A stretch of DNA of 64,000 nucleotides from Harriotta raleighana (Eukaryota). How positions within the stretch are numbered: position 1 is the stretch's first letter; each line of letters starts with the position of its first letter. The stretch lies in the NCBI GenBank assembly GCA_050575255.1, contig JBNZDD010013687.1, forward strand, positions 537,024 through 601,023. The letters run 5' to 3'. The translations under genes were made by a program, and so were the position numbers. A model generated the notes under the pieces. It was given only the letters and a program-made list of their open reading frames with translations, did no database searches and had not been told where the DNA came from. Positions 13,173 through 26,816 of this stretch are shown piece by piece.

Positions 13173-14010
13173 ATGAGGAAAGATCATGAGGAAAGAGCAA
13201 GCAAAGTAATGCACATGTGCACCAGCATAAACAGCAAGCTGTAAATCTTCGTGTGTGTAAATTACAACTCTGTAATAGTATACTCATTGTCATTGTAGCT
13301 GATCTTCAATATTTACCTGTATTGGGTTCTCTCGTGATGCTGTGTGTGTGTTTTTCTTACAATTGTAAATGATTTGAAAGAAACTCGGTGTAAAATATAT
13401 CTGATGTCCAGTCAATCAGGTATTTATTTGCTACTGTTAACTGGCAAAGCACCATCTTATATTGAGAGATCCCCCGGTTTTACCATAGAGCGTATGTGTT
13501 GCAGTATTGCTTGGTGATGTTGAAACATTTTCCCAGGGTTACTGATCCCAGCAGCCACCTCTGTCATGTCATTCATTTCCCTTCTAACTTCAACAACAGG
13601 TTGAATTTATAAATCTGAAACTGCCAGGGGCTATTTAAGTTTGCAGTCCCTGGTATTTATTGTTTCTCTTCTTTTTGTTGTCAGGATACACAAAAACCCA
13701 GTGTAAACCCAGATTATAATAATTCAATCCAGTTTGTACATTTGTATCCACATAGAGTCTTTTGCAAACCAAGTCATTGGAAGTATGTGCAAATCAAATA
13801 AGCACAATGCTGCAAATATTGTGAATGTGATACTTGCGTCTGGACTTTGTGGTGTGGAAAGTTCTTAAAATCCTTCTGTGTTTAATTAGCCCAATGATAG
13901 CAAATACAATTCGAAGTTCAACACAAAAGGGATGTTAAAAGGGATTTTAACAAAAATTAAGATTAAGAGGACCAGTTCTAGAAAAGATTCAAAGAAAGTT
14001 CAAGCTACTG

Positions 14011-14085
14011 AATAATTCAATAATAATAATACTACTACTTGCATTTGATATAGCACTTTTTCGAGTCGTTGAGTCATCTCAAAGA
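14011..14085 (-). mobile_element. SINE 3' tail
   Basis: (AAT)n..CTTGCATTTGATATAGCACTTTT..CATCTCAAAG. Confidence 0.7.
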
Positions 14086-15019
14086 GTATATATTTGAAAA
14101 GCAGATAGACTGTGCATTTTATGGACAAAACACCCACACAAAATACTGAAATGCCAAACATGCAAAATACTACAATGGGACCAGGTTTTCACTTTCATTC
14201 CCATCTTTGGCTTTTCCCTACAGGGTAGCAGCAATTTTATTTCTGAGGTATGATCTCGAATGACTCTTCCCTTAAAATTCTCCCTCCAAACGAGAACACA
14301 GCTCACCACGTGTTCTGTGAATTACTTCTGAAAAACAAGAGTATCAAACTGATTAAGATCTACCCTCGAATTTGTTGACTCAGCCATTCCTTTTGGTTAG
14401 GATGGTTATTTTGCGTATAAGATAAACCTGTTTTTACTTACAAAACTTTTCTTTTTGTCCTCTGTAATTAATGTCAGTGTAGTACACAGTCATACAATTA
14501 CTTATTCAAACATACCAGCATTTTTGGTGGTGCTCTTCCACAAAACATTAGGGGCAATGTTAAAATGTAATGTATTTTCCATAACATGCCAGCTCAGTCA
14601 TTTTATTGCCTTTGCAATAATCCCGGCCCAAATAAATTATTTGATGAGATGTTTCAGCATCATGTACCACTGTTAAAAGCAGTCTTGACATTTTCCATTC
14701 CAGCCCATCATTATTTAAGATCATCAACGTAGAATTATTGCCTAATTCTGGGTTTACTGCCCTCATCGTACATTAACTAAACTAACATGGTAGAAAATAA
14801 TTGACTATTGCATAAAGAAATCTTACCTTGTACAGTCTTTTTTACATGCCTCCCATCCATACCCAAAGTTTGAAATTAACATAATAAATTAAGAAATCTT
14901 ACATTGGAACAAGATTCCAATTTTTTTTTACAGGGAAATGAAATGCCAAGAGCTAAAGGTCTTTATAATCCGGGCTTTCATCCATTAAATAGACTGGCAA
15001 ATTGAATAGGTTGAACTCC

Positions 15020-15128
15020 AGAGAATGGGGCAAGGGTAGGTAAGTAGGACTGAAAGGATTGCTTTTAAAAGAGCCATGATGAGCTGAATGGCCTTTTTCT
15101 GTGCTGTGAGTTTCTATAGTTCTATGAT
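15020..15128 (+). mobile_element. CR1 3' UTR tail
   Basis: GCTTTTAAAAGAGCC..GATGAGCTGAATGGCCTTTTTCTGTGCTGT..TTCTATAGTTCTATGAT matches the end of the 60608-61985 CR1. Confidence 0.8.
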
Positions 15129-17647
15129 GAATTTCTTTTGATTGTTTGTTCAGTCTCTGCATTCATGAAGGACCTGTACAGATAGATCTGGTATTGTCAA
15201 TATAAAATATTACTTTAAACTGAAACATTGTATACACAGACACAGTTTTATTGGATTAACATGAAGATGAATTATCAAACCTTACTTTAGAGATGTCCAT
15301 GAGAAGCTGTCAGCTGTTGCAAGCATTGATTTTGATCTGAAATATTCTATTCAATTAGAGATAGCATAATGAGTTGAAAAGTCACATACTTGTGCTATAT
15401 TTTATAATTCAAGTTATCAACTTATTATGTTGTGACTAAGAACTGGTTTCCTTGAGCCCACATCCCCACTAAAGTTTATCGAAACAGCAATGCATCAGCA
15501 GTGACTTTTGAAGCCGTATAATCGAGGAACATTGCAGAAGTGACCTTGGATTCTAAGCAGATGCACATGACAAAAATCTGACTTGTGAATAGTGATTAAG
15601 AATTGTGTGGCAGAAAAGCAAACCACTACGGACAGATATAATTTAAGATGTGCCTGCTATGGAGAAAGGCCTTTCTGTGCACAATAAATTCTCATTTTGG
15701 AATAGGGCAAGAAATGAGATTTAGTAGGTCACTGTGGGTGTTCTGAAACAGAATAGGTCATTTTTGAGCATAGTTAATTTGGAACAACCCTACATCTGTG
15801 CTTGTGTGGCTGCAATTTAATACCAGTTTTGTTTCTAATGCAACAATGTGAGACAATGCCGTTTTCTTTTTACACTGGATAAAATCCTTTACACTGGATT
15901 AAATTCCTTGTCTTAGTGTTTCATTGATTTAGCTCTGCTCATGAAGCATACTCATATATCTTATGTTAGAGGTCAGAGAGATTCAATTGATGTGCTTGTT
16001 ATTAAAATAAGCCAATACTTGCCTCAACTCAGAACCAGCAAATTAAGGCTCCTTCTGGGAATGCTAACACACAAGTTTGAAGTGTAAAACATGGTAAAGT
16101 TATTTCTATTGCAATAGATGACAATCCTTTCCCGGACATGTCCCAATCACTGGGGACATCTCAGACTGAACAGTTTGTCCCACAGGCCAGTGGTGGAGGC
16201 CTCATCAGTACTTTCGATCCGACTTCTGGCATGCAGATCGCAGTGTTTCAGTCTGGTTCAGGGAATACCTGCTCAATCTAATCTTTTTAATAGTTGCGTA
16301 TCTGTGCAATGATAAAAATACATCTGTGTGAACCAAGGCACTCCTACCCACACTCCCATCCCAGCACTCATGTCCTTGGACAAACTCTTTCCTCGTTTCA
16401 GATTTCAAGTATTGTAGCTTCCCTTTTTGTGAAGTTCTGAAAAGCAAAGTGACACTTGCTTACCTTAAATCTATATATTTGTGAAACGAAAAGGCAATTT
16501 AGGGGCAGTAAATTGTTGGTCAGTAACAGAAGATTGAATTTGTTATTATTAAATTTAGGAGAATTGGATGTTTTAAGATCATCGGTACCTTGTAGTTATT
16601 TATGTGACTGGGACAATGCTGGTGGATATCATTGCTACGTTTGCCTAAAAAAGCAATCACTATGTTTTGACAATTAACTGTTAGAAGCTTTGATATAATA
16701 AAGAGCTGTAACAATTAAATTTTGTTTAGTTCATTGCCTATTTCATATTTTAGATTGTCTTTAAATCTTAATGCAGCTATCAAGCAGTATTTTTTAATTC
16801 AGAGACATTTGCCTTGATAAACCAAATGACAGACAAAATAATACCGCCCACCAGACACAATCAGGCTCTTATCCTTTCTGGCTTCTTGATCTATTGCAGA
16901 TAACTTTTCTTAATCTGTCATTTTTATTTCCTCCCTGGAATACGATGGGAGAATTTTACTTTGTGAATTGTGTTTTCAATGTGAAAAGCAGATGGTGTCT
17001 GTGTCAGGTGCAAAAAGACAGATTGTGAAGTAATGCAATATTTATAGGTTGAGTTCTGGGGTGAAATTCATTTTACATGACGCATTGCATTGTGCAACTT
17101 TTGAAAGAATCTGTTATAAAATATATTGGGCACAGTTCTTTTTTTTTTAAAAAGACCCTTTGTAGAATACAAACGTTTACCATCTGTGCAAGTTGCTGTG
17201 GAGTTTTACTCTGGTGAAAAAAAATGGTATTGGAAGTGTCCGTGTTGTTGGTGATCAGTGAGCTTGCAGCTGTCTCGACTCCAGCATTTTTGTCTGCTTA
17301 CCTCGGTCTGATTCAATAGAGTGCTCAATTGTGGTGCCTCCACATCCTGTATGCCTCGATAATGCTGGCACTCTTAAACCCAGGTCTGTTTCACAATGTT
17401 GCCATTGCCCTAAAATATTCTTCAGAAAATAACAGAAGATGGATCTGATCCACCGAGCCTTGCTTCAATGTCCTAGTCTGGCATTTCTTCTGATTCATTC
17501 AAAATGCTGGGAAATTTTTGAATGTAGGACTTAGTTGTAGACTGATCAAGTGAAATAAATAAAATCAGTGAGTGGTGTTTTTGCTAGAAGATGTGATTTA
17601 TCCTTAAGAAATGCAGTTATTTCACGGCTGTAGCATCGATGTGATCG

Positions 17648-17714
17648 ACGTTCAGCGCCTTGGGACGTCCTCCCAACGTGAAAGGCGCTCTAGAAATGTA
17701 ATTTTGTTGTTGTT
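17648..17714 (+). mobile_element. L2 family B terminal stem-loop-only insertion
   Basis: GTTCAGCGCCTTGGGACGTCCTCCCAACGTGAAAGGCGCTCTAGAAATGTAATTT(TGT)n. Confidence 0.85.
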
Positions 17715-18534
17715 TCTAGTAATAGTGAACTGAAATCAAAGCATGTTTTATGACCATGATCCACAAGAGAAATAGCTTTCATTGCTGTCACTGTTTATTG
17801 CCTGCATATTACCCATTCTCGTGAGGTTGACTCGTCTGAAGGAACAACAACATTGAGCCAAATCAACCAATGGTTAAGAGAGTTATTTTTAGACTAAAAA
17901 TGATTTCTTTTCATCACAAAGTCCCAAAATATATATATCTAACTATAAATCTGTCCTTGTCTGGCCGAGCTGGAATTTCCTGCATGCTGGACATTCCATA
18001 GTTCAGATGGTGATGGTGCAACATTCAAAGAAATCACAGTGTCCCACTAGAATATAAAATACAATAGGGCTTTATTCTACAGGTTGTGCTAACCATGTCT
18101 ATAGAAAAAATTATATTAGTTATTCATATCATGTAATTAACAATCAACCAAAAGGATTACAGGTAATTCAGATTTGTCTGCTTGTCATAGGATTGACCCA
18201 TCTTGATGCAAGGATTGACTTCATGTTTTGTGTTCAATTTTCAGATAATGTAAAGCTTCACTTTAATATGCTTCTATTTCTCTGTACCTTTTCCCACCTG
18301 ACTGTTATTTAATGTGCCTCATTTAGGCTGATAATCAGTTGTTCTGTAAATCTTGCAAGCTTGCATGCAGTGTGTAGCTAAGTGCGGTATTTGCTGGCGC
18401 AGTTTTTACTGTTGGTATCATTAATCGGTGCATTCTTCAGAGAAAATGCAAGTGGCATGTGTTGAGTGACTAACCTGTAGACAATTCACAAGTAGCACAG
18501 AGGGATGAGGAAACCAAAAATAAAGGTTTAATGC

Positions 18535-18900
18535 ATCATTCTGGCTCCGTTGGTAACACTCTCTGGGTCAAAAGGCTGTTTGCTTGATTCCCCCCTGGAT
18601 TTCAGCTCATATTCGAGACTGAAATTCCAGTTGAAGTACTGCACTTTGGTGATGTCACCTTTTCAGATGAGATGTTAAAACTACATGCTATCTGCTTGTT
18701 AGACTTGTATGGTCGCAAGATTTCTGTGAAGAACAAGATATTTTTCCCCGGTGTCTTGTTCCAGGTTCAACGTTTCTCTCCTCCAAATTTGCACAAAGAT
18801 CAATAAATTGTTATTCACTTTTGTATTTGGCTGACACATAAGTCATTGCCTTTTTAAGCAACTCTTTGTGTTCTTTGAGATATACTGCATTTAGGTGCTG
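18535..18900 (+). mobile_element. Ancient DeuSINE (SacSINE1-like), near full length
   Basis: TGGCTCCGTTGGTAACACTCTC..GGGTCAAAAGG head, then GTACTGCACT..CTTTTCAGATGAGATGTTAAA..GAAGAACAAG..TTCCCCGGTGTCTTG following Deu-domain motif order. Confidence 0.7.
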
Positions 18901-19618
18901 GTATCTCATGAGGGTATTATTAATAATGGTACAATTGAAGGCAATTTTAATAAACTATCAGACTCACAACTGCCTAAAGTGCCAGGAATTATTGTTGAAC
19001 TCAGAGATTACAAACAAATTCTTGCCAGGTGCTTAGAAATTGCATAAGGTCCACGCTGTCAGGCTCACTTCAGATTTTCTTTTAAAAACTGTTGATGTAT
19101 AAAATTAGTTTTTAATAGAACTAATGATGCATGCATGCGTGCATGTGTGTGTTTATGACTGGATCTAAGTAGTTCCCCTCCCAATAGTACAGACAAGTGA
19201 GAAACCAAATTTTATACTTCCCGCTTCACATTGAATCTGGCATGAAAAGTTTCAGTCCATGGCATTATGTGTTGTGTAGTAGGCAAACCATTGACTACAT
19301 TTCTGTTCATATTGATGGAAATTATGGGGTGGGGGTGATTTTCCATTGCCCTGAGTTTCAGGGAATTCTTTTCATAGAAAGAAAGCTTCTGCTATGGGCC
19401 TCTAGCCTGTCTGGACTGAAGAAAGAATGGCACCAGACGATCATTTTTCTGGAATATTTTATAGGTACTTAAATCTGAGGTATAAATTGTTGAAAGAAAA
19501 CAGATGCAGCTGCTATATAACCGTGTAAAGACAAGGGCGATATTTGTGATGGATCAATAAGCCTGGGCCATTCTCTTTGGATAATATGTTTGAAATAAGT
19601 CACTTAGAATGTTTCAAT

Positions 19619-19680
19619 AACAACATCAACAACAAAATTACATTTGTAAACCAGCTTTCACATCTGGAGAATATCTCAAG
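19619..19680 (-). mobile_element. Degraded L2 3' tail
   Basis: CAACAACAAAATTACATTTGTA..CTTTCACATC..GAGAATATCTCAAG. Confidence 0.55.
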
Positions 19681-19859
19681 ATGGTTTCTTCAGCTCATGC
19701 GGAATTGTACATGAAACTGTGCAATGCTGATACAGAACACAGTCCAAGAGTTTGCTGTTGTAGCTTTTCCGATTTATTTTTATCTACTGTAGTTTTATTT
19801 AAACATTATCTGAGGAATGTGCCAAGTTGTATGAATGGAAACTTATTGTGGTCTCATAA

Positions 19860-20000
19860 TATAATCCTTGCATTTGACATAACACCTTATCACATAGAAA
19901 CTTCTCAAAGTGTAATGACTATGTATTTGTTGGTGAACATGGCAGCCAACTTGTACACAAACCTACAAACAGCTCGGAGATGCATGACCAATTAATTGGA
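19860..20000 (-). mobile_element. Degraded SINE 3' half
   Basis: ATAATCCTTGCATTTGACATA..TCTCAAAGTG..CATGGCAGCCAACTTGTACACA..ACAAACAGC. Confidence 0.65.
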
Positions 20001-20130
20001 TGATTGTTAGTGTGATTGGAATAGGTAAGATCTCTCAGGGGTCAAGTCTGGCTGCATGGTGACATGATTGATGAAAGAGTGTAGAATTGCAAACCTTAAA
20101 TTTTGTCCTGAAAAACCTCTCCCAGTATGC

Positions 20131-20237
20131 CCCAGTTCTGACGAAGGGTCGTGAACCCAAAACATTGACTCACTTTCCTTCCTCCATGGATGAAGCCTGA
20201 CCTGCTGAATTTTCCCAGCAACTTCTGTTTTTGTTTG
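20131..20237 (+). mobile_element. Penelope-like (PLE)-derived repeat terminus with hammerhead ribozyme relic
   Basis: CAGTTCTGACGAAGGGTCGTGAACCCAAAACATTGACTC..GGATGAAGCCTGACCTGCTGAATTTTCCCAGCAACTTCTGTTTTTGTTT resembles an abundant shark repeat, recalled rather than searched. The CTGACGA core and the GGGT/ACCC stem are seen directly. Confidence 0.65.
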
Positions 20238-20849
20238 TAGAATTAGGGTGATATTCTGTGTGGTCCAGTTGGTATTGCCAATATCTGAGTTAGGCGGACA
20301 AGGCTGTACTACTTAAGGGCACTGTCTTTGGATTACACTGCCAGGCATATCATTGGAACTGGAGGGTAGGTGCATAACTTGGGAACTGGAATCTATCCAC
20401 TTGTCTCCTTCCAGTTGGCTCCTGCTAACAATGCAAGTAAATGAATCAGGTGATTCTAGATAGACAAGCAAGGGGAAGTTTAACAATGTCTCATGAAGAT
20501 GAAACAAGCCACTCAGTTGGATCAATTACAACAGCAACTCAGCATGAACTTTCCCATCAGATTACATGTCCCCCGATGATAATTAAAGGATACCCTGGAT
20601 ATGGATGACCTGAATGCTTATAAAGAGATTCACAATAATTCCACGTTAGTTTAACAATTCACCTTGGCTCACTCTGTCCTTGCTCAAGAGCCACAATGTT
20701 CCAAAGAAGGTTTATATGTGATAGTTATTGAAACGATTACTCAATTGCCAACAGAAACGTGTTCTCGTCTTCAACAGTAAAATGGCATCATCCCATGTTG
20801 AACTTTCAGGTGGGGAATCCATTTGCTTTGCTGATCAACTGCATCAGGT

Positions 20850-20915
20850 AAAAACAAGAACAAAATTACTTTTTATACAGCGCCTTTCATGTTGGGAGGA
20901 CATCCTGAGGCGTTG
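20850..20915 (-). mobile_element. L2 family B terminal stem-loop insertion
   Basis: AACAAAATTAC..TATACAGCGCCTTTCATGTTGGGAGGACATCCTGAGGCGTTGA. Confidence 0.8.
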
Positions 20916-21077
20916 ATGGGAATCTGCCGAAATGCTCATTGTTGTTTCTACTCGTGCATTTTCTTTCCTAGAATTCAGCAGTGCTGGGAGCATTCTCAAT
21001 CCAGTGTGTACTGTATGTACTTTGCTGTCTAACAATCTGGTTTGTATTGCTGGCTCTTTGTTTTCTGTAAATTAATT

Positions 21078-21550
21078 GAAGGATTAGACTAATGCCTGGG
21101 CTCAAGGGATTGAGCTATGATGAGAGGCTTGGTAAGCTTGGGTTATATTCCATAGAGCAGGGGAGGTTAAGGATGATTTGATTGAGGTATTTAAAATAAT
21201 GAAAGGAATTCAGTCAGATAGTGGAGAATTCTTTCCCTTGGAAGAGAGATCAAATCGTAAAAGGACCGAGCTTTAAAATCAGAGCCAAAATAAGTAAAAC
21301 CGCAGTCAGGAAGCATTTCTTCAAATAAATGTTTATGAAAATGTGGAACACACTATTCCAGAAAGCTGTAGAGGCAGAATCAACGGGAATATTTAGAAGC
21401 GAGCCAAATAGACAGTTGAGCAGTAGAGGCTTAAAAAGATATGATGAAAGGGCAGGGAATTGTGATTATAGGATCTAATAATATCTAATAAACGGGTGGA
21501 ATAAGCTTGATAGGCTAAATGGACAGTTCAATGTCACTATATACTTAAGT
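21078..21550 (+). mobile_element. CR1 LINE 3' fragment
   Basis: MPGLKGLSYDERLGKLGLYSIEQGRLR.DLIEVFKIMKG-coding sequence, AGGAAGCATTTCTTC, TGTGGAAC and tail GATAGGCTAAATGG. Confidence 0.85.
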
Positions 21551-24469
21551 TATTTCTCTTATATTGAGACTTCCTTGTCCCATTCCTCATAGGACTACAA
21601 TAGATGTCTATTGCTTCTTCTGAACTTTTCTTGCGATATTGTGAAATACCAACATCAGACATAGATCTGTACTGATTATAAAGAAAAATGTATCTAGAAA
21701 TTCAAACAAAAAAAGTAATGATCATTTAATTTAGTTTAAATCCCAATTGCAAACTATATTCCCATTTCCCGTCATCCCATGCACCTCCTATCTGTGCTTT
21801 CAACCATTGTGCCCTGATACTCTGGAATTCTCTTCCTTAATCCCTCTGCCTTGGTCGAATCATATTCAGGATTATTAAAGCATTTTACAATGTTTACTGT
21901 AAAGAGTAGAGCTAGACACTGATTCATTCATCATAGTTCAGCTGAAGTATGTTTTGCTTAGATGTAATGTGAATTTATTAGGGAACAACCCAAAACCACA
22001 GTTTAACAAGTACCTGCAAATAGTACAATTAAATGAGTCATCGAAAAGCGGGTTGCGATGTTCATCTAAGACTAAGAGGTGGGTGTTTAGTGTTGTGCTG
22101 GAAACTGTGGCTGAACAGCAATATGTATGACTTGCAGAAAAGTTTATTGAACCAGTCCTATTTGGGTGAAATTTGCAGAGCACTGATTTTTTTACAGTAT
22201 TTCCCTCAAAAGGCCTGATTGGATTTACAATGACACCATAATTCATGATCTTATATGTGCCTCAATAGAAAATCTTCAGAAAGGTGTGCATCACCATTTT
22301 TGCTGCAAGTTTTTTTTTAACCTCCTGCATACACTCCTATCTTACATCCCATTGCTTCCAGTTTTGTTCCATAACATTTTATTGGGGACAGGGGTGGAAA
22401 TGGTCTCCTGTGAATCATAAAATTTAGAACTTCCACATCAAAGAGCATTGTATAAATAAATCATCCTTATCCAATCCAGCCTCCGGCCAGGATTACTAGA
22501 TTTTCGAGTCCTCAGATACAAACATGCTTTTGAACATTGCTCCTTCTGGAACTAAATCTGAACAACATCAGCTGAATGGTACGTGGAGCCATGCTGCTGT
22601 CTGTGTGTAGTCTGGCCTCTTGGGCTTCCATGAGAAAAGGAAATGTTTGGTCTGTCAATTATACCTTAATTTTATATTTGTGCTTCTGTGACCCTAATGA
22701 GAACTGAGGCAAAAAAAGACAAATTCTGTGAATGACCTGCTGCAGCTTCCAAATGTATTTTTGGTTGAGTGAAGTGTTTTCTTTTTCCCATTTTGTTACC
22801 ACATATTTAAAGCGTACCAGTTAGTCAAAATAAATTGATGCAAGTTATTGATTGACTAGCCTCTCTCAGTTCTTCAATGAAACTGGAAGTGTGGGCATGT
22901 TCTTAACTGTGTTCTCCAAAGCTCTAACTGATCAGTTGCTCCAAGATAGACAACGGCTATAAAATATATCAATGCTTTGAAGTGGTTTTCGTGCTAGTAT
23001 AGTTATAAATTAAACAGTTCATAGCGACAGTTCGCAGCATGAATAACCACTATGGTAACATCACTGCTAGCAGCCAAGAACTGGCATTCATATGATGGGA
23101 AGAAAAACTAGTTCATTTTTATTTAATTATGTTTCACTAAACATTGAGCTGTTCCAATGTTTGATAATTTAGTTTATACAAAATGTGGTTTCCCACTCCC
23201 CTTTTCTCTGAATACGTTCAAATCATTTGGTGCATTATAAATTTGTTTCCCATTGACGTTTCCAGGTACAAAAGATTTTTGCTGACTTGGGCAAAGAAAG
23301 ACAGGTTTAAGAGTAGGTCCTGAAAGTGAACTTTCAGCAGAAACATTGCAAGCACTGAGATGTGTAGCTGAATGAAAGCAATTGGAGGTTGGAAGAGATG
23401 CATTTGAAATTACAATTAGTGTGGACCTAAATTTAAAAATGAAACCAGAGGGGTTTATTTGGGGTGTGAGTTCAACCAAATCCAATTTCTCAGTAAGACT
23501 CTGAAATCAATTTGACACTACAAGGAGCAGACTGCAGTTCAAGCCAGGTAAAGTTCAGTTTATAAAGATGGCAAAGTGTGAGACAGGAAAGATCCTGAGA
23601 ATTGCAGAAAGATGAATGGGAAACGATTACAACAGACCTTAATGTAAGTGTGCAAGAAAGGTCAGTTAAACCCCAAGTAATAAGATGGAGGAGAATAACT
23701 TTAGTTCAATTGTTTTTATTATGGATGTACTGTAGAGGAACAAATGAGGACCTGAATGAACATTCTCTTGAATTAAGAGTTCCCTTCTGCTGGTTGTTTA
23801 TTCTGATTTATGCTACATCCTCAATCTCCTGAGTGTCTCTTTGCTTGGCACACACGCTTTTCATAGCTGCCAATATGATTCAGTAGCCTTTCAGATTGCT
23901 TGTCAATTTGTAATAACTCAAGGAGTATTTAATATTTGAGTTTCTGTTGAAGATCATTTCATTAGATTTATGTGTTAAGTAGCATGCCTTGGTCTCTTCT
24001 GTTCAGCCTTCCTCTAAAATCACGGTGGCACATAAAATAGAATTTTTTAATCATTATTATTATTATTTAAATCATTGAAACTTGAAATGCAATTACAAGA
24101 CTAATGACACATAATTATCAGTTCCACTCAAAGCAAATTAAAGTCAAATACAGTACCTTGTTTTTCATGGAAAGTTCGAACTACTCCAATTAACTTGGGT
24201 TGAATCATGCAAGTATCTCTTGAAGAAAGTTTTTTTTATATGTTTCTCACCAATTCTGCGAGACATACAAAATATTTTGTTAACTGTCTAGGTTTAGCAA
24301 GGATGGCTGTATTATTTTTTGAAAGGGATTGGAATACAGGAAAGTGTACTTGAAAATTCTGTGTATGGTAACTTTTATTTGCCAATTTGTCAATTTCTGC
24401 CCTGAAGCACACTCCAGTTTACCACCATACAAAAATCATCAACAGATATTTCTTAAACTGCCCTACTTA

Positions 24470-24532
24470 AGCGCTCTGAGACGCCGTCCGGCGTGGAGGG
24501 CGCTATATAAATTGAAGTTGTTGTTGTTGTTG
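24470..24532 (+). mobile_element. L2 family A terminal stem-loop-only insertion
   Basis: AGCGCTCTGAGACGCCGTCCGGCGTGGAGGGCGCTATATAAATTGAAG(TTG)n with CpGs intact, followed by a (TG)n tract to about 24575. Confidence 0.9.
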
Positions 24533-25387
24533 TGTGCGTGAGTGTATACGTAGGTGTGTGTGTATGTGTGTGTGTTTGTATGCGTGCTGTGCCTTTATTT
24601 TATTACTGTTCCTTTTTCTCATCAATATGGAACTTTGTAGAACTTAAATTGCTACCACACTTCTACTTTTAATTTCACATTGTACAGGGAATTTAATTTA
24701 AAAAATTCAAATGTCAGGAGGTACCTGGAACTGTACTCCTGTGCTGTCCATTTCTACGGGCCAATATGCAAGTTGGATTGCTCTGTGGAGACACAATTGC
24801 TGTCAGTCGATGTATTTGAACTGCCTACTCTTTATTCAGAACAGTGGAACTCGAAAGTGCTGGAAAAGCAATTGAACTCTGGAGGGGTGGGGGGGGAGAC
24901 AAAGAAATGTACTATGTGATGATTATCACCCAGTGGTGGGATTGGAAAAATCATGGAGAAAAGTGGGGGAAATGTATTTAAATAAGAGTTGACGTACACT
25001 TAATGGTAGACCAGGCTCAAGAGCTTATGCACTTTCCCATGATGTTCATAAGCATATCATTAGCGGGAGAATCTCAATGATTGTGCAATCTAAATTAGAC
25101 ATCCAGTAAAGCAGCTGGATTCCAGCTGTAGGCGATTTGTTGTTTAGACAATAATCGTATTAATTACCATCTTGTACAAGTAAAAAATGGTTGTAAAATA
25201 CTTTAAGTGCCATTTTATAGCCTGGAAAATTCCTTTAAAAACTAAGCATCCTATTATGCTGCAGTTAACTTATACTGAAGGCAATTTACTGTAAATTAAT
25301 TCATTGCCCTGTAAGGAAGTTATTGAAGTTATGGCTGTTTAATGTAGAAAAGTTATTACTGCAGATTTTGGATGATCTAACAACAAC

Positions 25388-25557
25388 AATAATCCTTTCC
25401 TTTGATATAACATCTTATTACGTCATTGAGACTTCTTAAAGAACATCACAGGATAGCCAAATATATCAAATATGCAGAATATATAAAGTGACTTTATTTA
25501 TATTTTGAGGGAGAAACGCGGCAGCTAATTACGCACAGTAGTGTTCCAAAACAGTCA
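25388..25557 (-). mobile_element. Degraded SINE 3' half
   Basis: AATAATCCTT..GATATA..GAGAAACGCGGCAGCTAATTACGCACAGTAGTG. Confidence 0.7.
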
Positions 25558-26502
25558 AATTTCATTTCGATCCAAAATGACAATTTTAATGCACTGACTT
25601 CTTTGAATACACAATATATCTCCTCCTTCTGCATCCCCCTCCCATACCTTTTCTCATTCACAATTTTAAATATTCTGATTCCAGATTACTGTGGTTCCAT
25701 GAATGGATCATTGCAATCAATAGGCAGAGGTTTTACTGTAACCTCTATGAGTCATTAATAGGAGTGAGAGCATCTGGCATGACTCAGCTCAACCCTTCTC
25801 TTTTTCTCCACCCTCCCATCTCAAAAATGTTAACTCTCAAAGTCTTTTTGCATCAACAATTTTATCCTGGTGTTGAGATGTTGTGGTCATCTGTAAAGAA
25901 ATGAAACTTAAACAAAGCTTGAGAAAACAGATTGTTTGGCTGATACGATGATGAACCCATTACACTAAAATATCATCTGAGGATCTGATGAATAGCTGAC
26001 TGACCCACTGTAGATTGCCAACAGTTTTTGTTTTTACTTCAGTTTCTCTACACCCGAAAGTTTTTTTTTCCTCATTCTGATCATTAACTTCTGACCATAT
26101 GCTGCCTCTATTTAACTGTGCCTTCTACTAAATTAAGCATAATTTGACTTTTTATGTGTGTGGCCCTTTATATTCAGGAGAAATTCCAGCAACAACACCT
26201 GGACCTCTTTACTGCTTTCGCTTGACCTGACCAAAGCAACACAAGTCGAGTTGCTCTTTGGCAACTTCTCGCTAGGGTTGGCTGCCCCACCAAACCAACT
26301 GAATCCACTATGCAGTGCTTGGTAAGGTTGACTGAGACAAGTTTGAAACATTCCTCAATGCCGAACAAGTGTCTCAGCTTCATTCTTTATAGTATTTTCT
26401 TAGCTGTACTATTTAGCTGTACTAGATATGTGGAAAGGAGATTGTGGAAAGGAGTTTGCATTCCATTTAGAGCTGCAGGAAAGTTGTTAAGCAAATCATG
26501 CT

Positions 26503-26816
26503 TAATAATAATAATACTCCTTGCATTTTATATAGTGCTTTTCATGTCAACTAGAAGTCTCAAAGCTCACAGAATATACTGTAAAGTGCGTTGACTGTAT
26601 ATTTGTGGGAGAAACGCGACAGCCAATTGTGCACAGCAGTATCCCACAAACAGTCGTGGATTGAAGTGACAAATTTATTATTGTTGTTTTTTCTTGAGGG
26701 ATTATTATCAGGCATGTGGAGAAAGGAAACTTGCCCAAGGTTTTGAATAATTAGGGATCATAACCCAGGACTCTTGCTTGTGAGGCGAATGCTCTAACCA
26801 CTGAACTACAGGACTC
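26503..26816 (-). mobile_element. Full-length tRNA-derived SINE
   Basis: Head GAGTCCTGTAGTTCAGTGGTTAGAGCATTCGCC, body TGCTGTGCACAATTGGCTGTCGCGTTTC and (ATT)n tail. Confidence 0.93.

Noticed and set aside
12924-13244. 106-aa plus-strand ORF
   Set aside because: It is antisense to the L2 ORF2 remnant.
16134-16143. Perfect p53-family half-site GGACATGTCC
   Set aside because: There is only one good half-site, which is expected by chance in 64 kb.
16175-16208. Minus-strand CTGATGA-GGCC..GGCC hammerhead-like start
   Set aside because: The stem is followed by TGTG, not the required GAAA.
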